Part shown: positions 8,219 through 15,663 of the stretch, in pieces
How positions within the stretch are numbered: position 1 is the stretch's first letter
How the letters are laid out: each line of letters starts with the position of its first letter
Source of the DNA: a virus
Strand: one strand, 5' to 3'
Virus record (IMG/VR): IMGVR_UViG_3300045988_130106
Coordinates: 1-32,000 of that record
Length of the DNA: 32,000 nucleotides
Program-made: the position numbers and the translations under genes
The notes under the pieces: generated by a model
Databases searched by the model: none
Told to the model about the DNA's origin: nothing
What the model saw: the letters and a program-made list of their open reading frames with translations, nothing else

Positions 8219-9781
8219 TTAATTTTTATCATATTGATCTTTATATGTATTCTCGTATTCCAACCTATTATATTTTCTCCAAATCATACCTCGTCTTGTA
8301 CGTACAATCTTCACTTTAGAACATTCATTTTTCTTAAGCTGTCCATACTCTTCTGGACTTAATGAAATGGTTGGATTATCTACTTTTTGATTTTTATATG
8401 TAAAAAATATTTTATACTTACCTTTATGAATTTGCATTGTTTTGACTTCTGCCAAATTACCTTTATGATTTCCTAAATTTATAAAAATTAAATCACCAGG
8501 TTTTAAACAATAAAAATGACATTCTCTTTGTTTCCTTCCTTTTGTTATCTTCTTTTCTCTATATTGCCTGAGATTATCTACTTCATTTTTACATGTTGTC
8601 CTCCAAGACGATGCATTATCCAATCTTGTATAACATAATTCTGTTCCTGATTTAGTTTTCCCATCTCGTATGTCTATATATTTCGCATCAAAAAAGCTTT
8701 CCATTTTTCTATCATTACATCTTTTCTGATCTACTATATAAATGAATTTTGTTAATGAGATATTTTTCCATTCTTTTAGACATACCGCATCGGTGTAATG
8801 GAACTTTGGTAAACCTATAAGTCTACGATTAATTTTTGTCTCATAACCATAAGCAAGTTCTACATCTTTAAAATCCGCACATAATGCATTGTAGATTTTA
8901 TATCTGACAATATTCATAAAAGTAGAATCCTTATAGGTATCAGGCATCTTCTTATTTTGCAATTCCTTAAAATATTTATTATTATTGTTATTGGAATGAA
9001 CCAGACGATGGTGATGATGACAAAGACAAATAAGATTACTCGGACGATTTGTGCCGCCAGCAGCTCTTGGAATAATATGATGTACTTCTATAGTATCGTT
9101 GTTTTTATTCTTTACTTTTCCACTCGATAAACACATTTGACATGTATGTTTATCTCTATCCCTTACATATGCGGTAACATTTTCATACCCTTTCATTTCT
9201 CCATTTTGATAATCTTTTCCAGAAATTATTCTTCCATCCAAATCTGCGATCATTTTCTGAATATCAAATTTCGCTACTTCAATAATTATCCTATCTATTG
9301 GAACCCATTGAGCAATTTTCTTTATTAACCGAATATGTGAATCTATTTTATGTTGTATAGATGGAGCAATCCATCCATCTTGATTTCCATTTTTATACGT
9401 AGAATTATGAACTGTTTTATAATCTACATTCTTATTTTTTCGATATCTCAATCTAGCTCGTTTAAATTTGCGATTCGAGGCCCTAACAGTGAGCCTTTCA
9501 CTCATTCCTTGTAACAGATTGACCTGTCCTGCCAGATATTCATGCTCGCTATCACTTACAGAAAAACCTATATTTAGATAACCACTATCTATTTTTAATT
9601 CAAATATATTTCTTATTTCATAATCTGCCGAATACTCATCAAATCTTTGTATTACTGTTGGATCATGATTTATAATCTTAGCTTTATTATGTCTTAATAA
9701 ATATGCTGCCGTACTCTCTTTAATTGGAATACAAGGAACTTTATTCTTATCTACCATAAGTACAAAATCTAAATAATTCAT
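8219..9781 (-). CDS. iscB: IscB-like RNA-guided nuclease homolog (PLMP-like, RuvC-I/II/III, bridge helix, HNH, C-terminal domain)
   Basis: 520 aa. PLMP-like DKNKVPCIPIKESTAAYLLRHNKAKIINHDPTVIQ; RuvC-I ELKIDSGYLNIGFSV (D65); Arg/Lys-rich bridge NRKFKRARLRYRKNK; GWIAPSIQHKIDSHIRLIKKI; RuvC-II IIIEVAKFDIQK (E168); SGKDYQNGEMKGYENVTAYVRDRDKHTCQMC; HNH IEVHHIIPRAAGGTNRPSNLICLCHHHHRLVH; YGYETKINRRLIGLPKFHYTDAVCL (RuvC-III, H328/D331); tail KPGDLIFINLGNHKGNLAEV. Confidence 0.93.
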   Translation of the reverse strand: MNYLDFVLMVDKNKVPCIPIKESTAAYLLRHNKAKIINHDPTVIQRFDEYSADYEIRNIFELKIDSGYLNIGFSVSDSEHEYLAGQVNLLQGMSERLTVRASNRKFKRARLRYRKNKNVDYKTVHNSTYKNGNQDGWIAPSIQHKIDSHIRLIKKIAQWVPIDRIIIEVAKFDIQKMIADLDGRIISGKDYQNGEMKGYENVTAYVRDRDKHTCQMCLSSGKVKNKNNDTIEVHHIIPRAAGGTNRPSNLICLCHHHHRLVHSNNNNNKYFKELQNKKMPDTYKDSTFMNIVRYKIYNALCADFKDVELAYGYETKINRRLIGLPKFHYTDAVCLKEWKNISLTKFIYIVDQKRCNDRKMESFFDAKYIDIRDGKTKSGTELCYTRLDNASSWRTTCKNEVDNLRQYREKKITKGRKQRECHFYCLKPGDLIFINLGNHKGNLAEVKTMQIHKGKYKIFFTYKNQKVDNPTISLSPEEYGQLKKNECSKVKIVRTRRGMIWRKYNRLEYENTYKDQYDKN

Positions 9782-10048
9782 ATATTATCCTTAAAATAAT
9801 CTCGGCATATAGCCGGTAATGCTCTTTGACAATGTTATAAAAAGTTTATAATATTGATATCACTTGCATTTGGTATCTTCAGTGTAATGCATGTTTAAAT
9901 ATCAATGATATAGTCATTACTAGAGCGACATAATGATATATTATCTTTTTATAACGTAGTAACCTAAGTCTATTTTTAATTTACACTTATAATTTCAGAA
10001 GATTACTTTGAGGTTTTGTAATCCTCTGAAATTACTTACCTCTAAAAC
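9782..10048 (-). ncRNA. candidate omega-RNA/tracr-like guide scaffold fused to the last CRISPR repeat
   Basis: About 210-nt non-coding gap upstream of iscB with an anti-repeat at 9990-10006. Further inverted repeats: 9853-9860/9899-9906 (8 bp); 9865-9870/9886-9891 (6 bp, nested); 9909-9919/9931-9940 (10 bp with one bulge); CGGC/GCCG just 5' of the start codon. Position matches known omega-RNAs, immediately 5' of iscB on the same strand. Confidence 0.75.
9990..10006 (-). ncRNA. anti-repeat complementary to the CRISPR repeat
   Basis: Minus-strand GTAATCTTCTGAAATTA pairs with TAATTTCAGAGGATTAC of repeat 1 (10018-10034) over 17 nt with a single G.U. It pairs with repeat 2 with two G.U wobbles and no mismatches. 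Loop between repeat 1 and anti-repeat is 11 nt. Confidence 0.8.
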
Positions 10049-10180
10049 TCTTGAACAGTCTTGAATACCTTTGGACCAGTTTTGTAACCCTCTGAAATTA
10101 CTTACCTCTAAAACACTTCCTTTAATGCAACCATTGATAAAGGTGTTTTGTAACCCTCTGAAATTACTACTTCTAAATCA
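10013..10180 (-). CRISPR. mini CRISPR array, 3 repeats (36 bp, third degenerate) and 2 spacers of 30 bp
   Basis: R1 10013-10048, R2 10079-10114 (one difference from R1), R3 from 10145 (first 24 nt identical to R2, rest degenerate). Plus-strand consensus GTTTTGTAACCCTCTGAAATTACTTACCTCTAAAAC; crRNA-sense GTTTTAGAGGTAAGTAATTTCAGAGGGTTACAAAAC. Spacers on the plus strand: TCTTGAACAGTCTTGAATACCTTTGGACCA and ACTTCCTTTAATGCAACCATTGATAAAGGT. Confidence 0.88.
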
Positions 10181-10181
10181 C

Positions 10182-10210
10182 TTGAAACAGCCAATTAGAA
10201 TTGATATAAT
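10182..10210 (+). promoter_or_regulatory. candidate sigma-70 promoter TTGAAA-17-TATAAT
   Basis: TTGAAA 10182-10187, 17-bp spacer, TATAAT 10205-10210. Confidence 0.55.
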
Positions 10211-10245
10211 ATAGACAGATATATTTAATATATCTCTTCAATCCA

Positions 10246-10286
10246 GGAACAGGTTATGCAGGTCGCCAAACTTTTTAACCTGTTCC
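10246..10286. repeat. 11-bp perfect inverted repeat, 19-nt loop
   Basis: GGAACAGGTTA (10246-10256) / TAACCTGTTCC (10276-10286). Confidence 0.8.
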
Positions 10287-10303
10287 CATTTATGTATTCT
10301 CCC

Positions 10304-11092
10304 TTACAACATCTTTTCTATCTCTCTAAATACATCTCCAAGTGATTCCTGAATAAACATATCCATATTTTCATCCAGTGGAATTTTCAGCTTTTCCTTA
10401 TTAATAACGATCATGTGATCACCCTGAAAATATGAAACATAATATGCTGCTGGTGTAACCTGTAATGATGTACCGCCAACAATTAAACAATCAGCCTGTC
10501 TAATTGCCAATTCAGCCTTACGTGCTACATCATCAGGAAGAGGTTCCCCATACAGCACCACATCAGGTCTAATCTGTCCTCTGCACGAACACTTAGGAAT
10601 TGCTTCCTTAATATCAAACAGATAATTGGAATCGTATTCCTTTTTGCATTTACTGCAGTAATTCCTTTGCGTACTGCCATGCAGTTCATACACAACCTTA
10701 CTTCCAGCTTTCTGGTGTAAGCCATCAATATTCTGTGTAACGATTGCTCTGAGTTTTCCCATTGCTTCCATCTTAGCCAGGACTTTATGAGTAATATTCG
10801 GTTCTATATTCCTGGTGTCCATCTTCTGTCGATAGAACTCATAGAATACCTTCGGATTATTATACAGACAATCTCTGCTCAGAAGATATTCTGGATCATA
10901 CTTCTCAAACTGGACATCATGTTGATTGTATAATCCATCCTTGCTTCTAAAATCCGGTATACCGCTTTCCGTAGAGACACCAGCTCCGCCAAAGAATACG
11001 ATATTGTTCGATTCGGTTATGTATTTTTTAATCTCGCTAACTGTTCTTCTGTCATGATTTTTCTTTCTTCTCCATTGTTTCACCATTTTCAA
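10304..11092 (-). CDS. cobB: Sir2-family NAD-dependent protein deacetylase
   Basis: 262 aa: GGAGVSTESGIPDFRS, VTQNIDGLHQKAG, YELHGS, CSKC...CSC zinc cysteines, RPDVVLYGEPLP, VGGTSLQVTPA. Confidence 0.93.
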   Translation of the reverse strand: MKMVKQWRRKKNHDRRTVSEIKKYITESNNIVFFGGAGVSTESGIPDFRSKDGLYNQHDVQFEKYDPEYLLSRDCLYNNPKVFYEFYRQKMDTRNIEPNITHKVLAKMEAMGKLRAIVTQNIDGLHQKAGSKVVYELHGSTQRNYCSKCKKEYDSNYLFDIKEAIPKCSCRGQIRPDVVLYGEPLPDDVARKAELAIRQADCLIVGGTSLQVTPAAYYVSYFQGDHMIVINKEKLKIPLDENMDMFIQESLGDVFREIEKML

Positions 11093-11258
11093 GATAGTTT
11101 TTTAGTGCCTCAAAGTGTTTTTCCGGCAGTGTGGCAAAACGCCCAGTCTTAAAATAAGATAATGTTGTTGTGCTGATTCCTGTTACTTTTGAGATGTATC
11201 TCTGTTTTTCTTTTTCTAATCTCTTAAGTAAAATCCGTCTTAATTCTTCATGTGTCAT
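11052..11258 (-). CDS. small HTH (Cro/C1-like) protein
   Basis: 68 aa: YISKVTGISTTTLSYFKTGRFATLPEKHFEALKNYL. Overlaps the annotated 5' end of the Sir2 gene. Confidence 0.7.
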   Translation of the reverse strand: MTHEELRRILLKRLEKEKQRYISKVTGISTTTLSYFKTGRFATLPEKHFEALKNYLENGETMEKKEKS

Positions 11259-11295
11259 GTTATTACCTCCATATATTTATATTTATTTTTAAAAA

Positions 11296-11616
11296 TTATT
11301 GTTTATCGAACCATAAATAGAATCCATCTCCACACCTTTCGATTTCCTTCCAAATTCTAAATGAAAGCACTTTAAGGAAATTTTCTACTGAAATATAGTA
11401 GATCCTGTTATCATCTTTTACATGAATTCTAATAGTGTTGAATGAACAATACTCTACATCAGCGTTATACTGTCTATGAAAAATCCCCTTCTTAAACTGA
11501 AACTGGTTATCAGATTCAATCATTTCTCTTACGATGTTGTTGATATCCTCTGCAGCAGTCTTATCTGTCGTATACGCTCCAATCCTCATCAGCTCATAAG
11601 TTACATCTGTTACCAT
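11296..11616 (-). CDS. hypothetical protein
   Basis: 106-aa ORF, GGAG RBS. Confidence 0.7.
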   Translation of the reverse strand: MVTDVTYELMRIGAYTTDKTAAEDINNIVREMIESDNQFQFKKGIFHRQYNADVEYCSFNTIRIHVKDDNRIYYISVENFLKVLSFRIWKEIERCGDGFYLWFDKQ

Positions 11617-11679
11617 ATTATTTTTCTCCTATCTTATGCATTTTTTCTAATAAGGCGGTATTTCTACCGCCCATATGTA

Positions 11680-12330
11680 TTACTTACAACTCGCTTCAGA
11701 AAGTTCTTTGTTGAAATCTCTCATCGCTCTCAGATATGCTTCTTTCTGAGTTTCAATCTGTTCTTCTTTTCGTTTCTCAGCTCTACGCTTCTTATGAGCA
11801 GCTAACTTCGCCTTGCGTTTTTCAATTCTTTCTTTCTCTTTTTCTTCGGCTTCTGCTTTCTTTAACTTATTTTCATAACACTTAAGACCATTGCGAACTG
11901 CCTTATTATATAAATTGCTTCCGCCAAGAACATGTTTAGTAATGCAAATAGAAATTGCTGTCTCTAAACTGAATACATCAGGTTCTCTACAAACTGATTT
12001 CTGTTTATCTCCATCAGCGAACAGCACCTCTACAACCTTATTCTCTACGATGATTTTTACATCTTTGATTTTTGTATGAGGTTCTTTTTTAATAGGCAAA
12101 GTAACAGTTGACTTTTTCGTAGCCATTAAAGTTCCTGTATTACAAACACCTGCACCTCCACCGTATGTATAAGTTATTGGTGTTGCTATAGATACTTTGT
12201 CCATATCTGGTTTATAATCTAATGAATTAGTGGCAGTAACAGTTTTTGTAACGGTAGTTATACATTCATCCATCTTATTTCTCAATCTTTCTATATCTTC
12301 TTTTCTCACAATGTTATTTACGTTCTCCAT
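11680..12330 (-). CDS. hypothetical protein with basic/charged coiled-coil C-terminus
   Basis: 216-aa ORF. Confidence 0.75.
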   Translation of the reverse strand: MENVNNIVRKEDIERLRNKMDECITTVTKTVTATNSLDYKPDMDKVSIATPITYTYGGGAGVCNTGTLMATKKSTVTLPIKKEPHTKIKDVKIIVENKVVEVLFADGDKQKSVCREPDVFSLETAISICITKHVLGGSNLYNKAVRNGLKCYENKLKKAEAEEKEKERIEKRKAKLAAHKKRRAEKRKEEQIETQKEAYLRAMRDFNKELSEASCK

Positions 12331-12335
12331 ATGTA

Positions 12336-12725
12336 TTATTCTCCAATCTTCTTATATTCTTCCAGCATCTTAGCAAACTCAGGATCTTTCTCAGCCGCCC
12401 ATTCATATTTCCCTTCGTTAACGATTTCTTTTAATCTTTTATCCAATTCTTTCTTAAGTTTCATCTTTCTTCTACGTTCTTCAACACGTTTTTCATATGC
12501 CTTTGTATCAACTTTACAAATAACCTCTGCCGTAAGATCTACTTTTCCTTCAAATTCTTCTGGTGTAAGAATGTTGACGATCTCCAAAATATCATGACAA
12601 GCACCTGATACTAAAATCTTATCGCCAACTTTATAGTGATTCTGGTCCTTGTAGATCGCATAGTAGTATCTTCCACAACCCTGATTCGTTTCTGCCACTT
12701 CATAATAACCTGTTAATTTTGCCAT
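12336..12725 (-). CDS. hypothetical protein
   Basis: 129-aa ORF. Confidence 0.75.
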   Translation of the reverse strand: MAKLTGYYEVAETNQGCGRYYYAIYKDQNHYKVGDKILVSGACHDILEIVNILTPEEFEGKVDLTAEVICKVDTKAYEKRVEERRRKMKLKKELDKRLKEIVNEGKYEWAAEKDPEFAKMLEEYKKIGE

Positions 12726-12752
12726 TTTCTTTTACCTCTTTCTATGTATTTT

Positions 12753-15011
12753 TTATGCTGCTTTATTACCATGAGAATCTAAGAAAGTAAGAAATTCTGC
12801 TTTCAACTTCTCATAATTATCTTTCTCTGAACCTGTGAAAATTCTATGCTGTTTTTCCATTTCATTGAGCCATTCACTAAACTCTTCGTCTTTCTCTGCA
12901 TTACAAGCATATGCCATAAGTGCTAACAATACCGGCATACCAACTTTGTATACACAGGAGTCTAACTTAAGATAGTCGTCAATAAAATCCTTATACAGTT
13001 CAATGTCTTCCTGTTCTACATTTGGATCAGCTACCTCTTTTACGAACTGTAACTCATGATCTTCTTCTGACTGTGATTCAGTTACTACTGATTCTGTTTC
13101 TTCTGTAGTAACATTATTTTCTGTTGTCTCTTTTACTGTATTATTCTCGTTTTCAGTTACTTCTTCATTAGTTACTTCTTCATATGTATTTTCTGTTTCT
13201 TCTACTTCTTCAATATGTAAATAATCCTTCATAAGAGTAACCAATAGATTGATTTTTCCCATGATGGTAGTTCTCTTTTTACTCTGTTCTGATTTAAAAG
13301 TTTTCATGCTAACACCATCTACAGTACGGTCTTTTAAATCAGTTGCATATGCATTAAGGAAGTCTACAAATCTGCTATCTTCAATGTTATACTTTGTAAA
13401 TTCATTGAATACCGCCACCCACATAGGAATGGCAGCTGGAGTAAATAACTTGGTAACTTCCTTATTATTTTCTCCAATTGCTAATTCCAAACGGTTTAAA
13501 TCAGAATTGAGCTGTTCAAACTCTTCGTCTGTAGCATTCTCATCTACATACTTATAGGCATTTTCCAATTTAGCTTTCCAATCGTCCTTATGGAACAAAA
13601 GCATAATTGCTTCGGCAACTACACGTTCCAGTTTACCTTTAGTCTCATTAGTTGTAGTGATTTTACAGCAATTTTTGAAAAACATATTCTTCTCAGAGAT
13701 TTTCTTAATTTTCCCAGCTGTTACGGTAGTAATCTTGGTCAGTCCCAACTGCTCCTTGTTCATAGATGAGTGGTTGTTGTAGTCGCGAAGGTGATCCGCA
13801 ATTTGCTGATCCGTGCAATTAAAAAACTTAGTCACATTGAAATTAAATACATCAAATCTCTTTTTTAATTCATCAGGAAGATCTTTGTAGTATTTTCCAA
13901 TAACATCACATATTTTTAATTCGTAGGTTGGAAATCCGTTGTCATCTAAAATTCGATTTCCGTTTTCGTCTAAAGAATATTCTCTATATTCAATTAAGTG
14001 TCTTTCTGCACCTACACTTCCAATTTTAATACGATTATTTCTAAATGCCTCCGCATAAGATAAACGCTGTAAACCATCAATTAAATATGCAATAATCAAT
14101 TCCTTTACTTTTTGCTCACATAAAACGATTTCAGGAACAGGAAGAGAACTTAATATTCTACAGAAATAACGATTCGCTTCTTCTTCTGACCACTGAAATG
14201 GTTTTCTCTGTAAAATGTATTTACAGTTAATGTCACCATCTTTTTTCTGCTGCAATAATGTGAACATTGGTAATTTGTCCATTCTGTAATCTTCGGATTC
14301 GCTAATAGCAATTACTCTGTCTTTCATATCATATTCCTCCATATTATATTTCGTGTCTTTTAAAAACATTTCCATATTTTCATTTCTCTTAATCCGCTCT
14401 ACTGCGTTTTCATAATCGCTTTGCGATATATCTAAGATCTTCTTAATTTTTTCTACAGGAACTTTCCTCATTTTCAAAATAGTAATTCGCTTCTGTAACC
14501 GTGGCATACTATCAAGAAGTATATTTACCTTTTCTACAGAATCATCTCCATTTAATCCAAGTTCTGTCTCTACACTGAAATTGGACGGGATTTTTTCTCT
14601 TAAATCAGATCCATCTTCCAATGGAACATCCATAGAAACATCATAGACTTTCTTTTTTATTGGTTTTCCATTCTTATCTTTTTTAATCTCTCCATTTTCA
14701 TCTGTTTCATATTCCAGGTTGCACCGCTTCCAAGTCAGCTGATCACGGCTCCAATCATAGAATGACCGTTTAATATTTCCTGTAAGAAATGTATTAAAGG
14801 AACAATCTGCTGTTTCATCAAATGTCTGAACACTTTCCAAAAGAACTTTCAGTGCATCACTGTACAAGTCATCATAATCCTTCTGATCTACGTTCTTCAT
14901 ATTAATGATTGGATTACAAATCCGTTTTAATCTCGCCATATCATTTTCAGAATAATATGTAACTAATTCCATCTGTTTTTCATTCAGACTTATTTTTTCT
15001 ACTTTCCCCAT
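12753..15011 (-). CDS. fusion protein: N-terminal sigma-70 region 2/4-like module plus DUF262/ParB-like module plus Glu/Thr-rich linker and C-terminal domain
   Basis: 752 aa. Sigma-like: YDDLYSDALKVLLESVQTFDETADCSFNTFLTGNIKRSFYDWSRD and SMPRLQKRITILKMRKVPVEKIKKILDISQSDYENAVERI. DUF262-like: YILQRKPFQWSEEEANRYFCRILSSLPVPEIVLCEQ...AYLIDGLQRLSYAEAF. Confidence 0.75.
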   Translation of the reverse strand: MGKVEKISLNEKQMELVTYYSENDMARLKRICNPIINMKNVDQKDYDDLYSDALKVLLESVQTFDETADCSFNTFLTGNIKRSFYDWSRDQLTWKRCNLEYETDENGEIKKDKNGKPIKKKVYDVSMDVPLEDGSDLREKIPSNFSVETELGLNGDDSVEKVNILLDSMPRLQKRITILKMRKVPVEKIKKILDISQSDYENAVERIKRNENMEMFLKDTKYNMEEYDMKDRVIAISESEDYRMDKLPMFTLLQQKKDGDINCKYILQRKPFQWSEEEANRYFCRILSSLPVPEIVLCEQKVKELIIAYLIDGLQRLSYAEAFRNNRIKIGSVGAERHLIEYREYSLDENGNRILDDNGFPTYELKICDVIGKYYKDLPDELKKRFDVFNFNVTKFFNCTDQQIADHLRDYNNHSSMNKEQLGLTKITTVTAGKIKKISEKNMFFKNCCKITTTNETKGKLERVVAEAIMLLFHKDDWKAKLENAYKYVDENATDEEFEQLNSDLNRLELAIGENNKEVTKLFTPAAIPMWVAVFNEFTKYNIEDSRFVDFLNAYATDLKDRTVDGVSMKTFKSEQSKKRTTIMGKINLLVTLMKDYLHIEEVEETENTYEEVTNEEVTENENNTVKETTENNVTTEETESVVTESQSEEDHELQFVKEVADPNVEQEDIELYKDFIDDYLKLDSCVYKVGMPVLLALMAYACNAEKDEEFSEWLNEMEKQHRIFTGSEKDNYEKLKAEFLTFLDSHGNKAA

Positions 15012-15022
15012 ATTGAACCTAC

Positions 15023-15637
15023 CTAATTGTTATGTATTTCTGTTTCACTCTCATCATCTTCGTTTCCTTCGATAATTCGATATGTATATTTTCTATGGAA
15101 AAGTCCATCCACGGCTTTTTGAATCCGTTCACGTTGAACACATTCTGGATTGATATTCGTCAGAACATTCTGGATAATCTGGATTTCATCTTTTGTTTCT
15201 CTACGCTGAGTACGGTTTTCACGGATAGCCTTATAGAGCTGCCAGCCTGTATATAAATCTTTCGGCTTCTCAATCTCGATTGAATGAAGGATATTAAGCA
15301 ATCCCTTATCAAGATTATACAGAATACCGATCAGCTCATTGCTTCGTTTTACAGCCGAGTTGAAAATATCTCCGCAGGTTCCAAATTGTTCCACCCAACG
15401 AGTAATATTCTCAGATGGTTTATACGTCTGTGGCGTCTCAATTACTCTCGGAGGGATTTCAGGAATGGCTTCCATGAAGAATTTCATTTTCTTTAAAGAT
15501 TTCGGTAATGAATTTAAAATATTTCTCGCCTTGTTGCGATCCATCAATGTCCTGTCTTTGAAATTACATGAGACAGGTCTGCCGCCAGCATCGATCTTGA
15601 TGTACACTCCTTTATTATTTCTGATTACATAATTCAA
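15023..15637 (-). CDS. hypothetical protein
   Basis: 204-aa ORF. Confidence 0.7.
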   Translation of the reverse strand: MNYVIRNNKGVYIKIDAGGRPVSCNFKDRTLMDRNKARNILNSLPKSLKKMKFFMEAIPEIPPRVIETPQTYKPSENITRWVEQFGTCGDIFNSAVKRSNELIGILYNLDKGLLNILHSIEIEKPKDLYTGWQLYKAIRENRTQRRETKDEIQIIQNVLTNINPECVQRERIQKAVDGLFHRKYTYRIIEGNEDDESETEIHNN

Positions 15638-15663
15638 TTCTATTTCCCTCCCTTTTTATATAA

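Noticed and set aside
9137-9328. Plus-strand ORF overlapping iscB, and similar plus-strand ORFs elsewhere in the track
   Set aside because: Antisense to well-supported genes and generally without an RBS. Compositional artefacts.
9988-9993. TATAAT as a plus-strand promoter driving the array from the iscB side
   Set aside because: There is no acceptable -35 at 16-18 bp. Repeat sense (GTTTTAGAG...AAAAC), anti-repeat position and iscB orientation favour minus-strand transcription.
10246-10286. Hairpin as intrinsic terminator of sir2
   Set aside because: No U-tract follows the stem on the minus strand. It is kept only as an unexplained inverted repeat.
8219-10300. A Cas9 locus
   Set aside because: The effector is only 520 aa, has an N-terminal PLMP-like domain and no REC lobe, and its motif order and spacing match IscB. 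No Cas1 or Cas2 is visible.
8219-10300. Intact IS200/IS605-type transposon carrying iscB
   Set aside because: No TnpA (HUH Y1 transposase) and no convincing left/right end pair could be recognised from the sequence alone.
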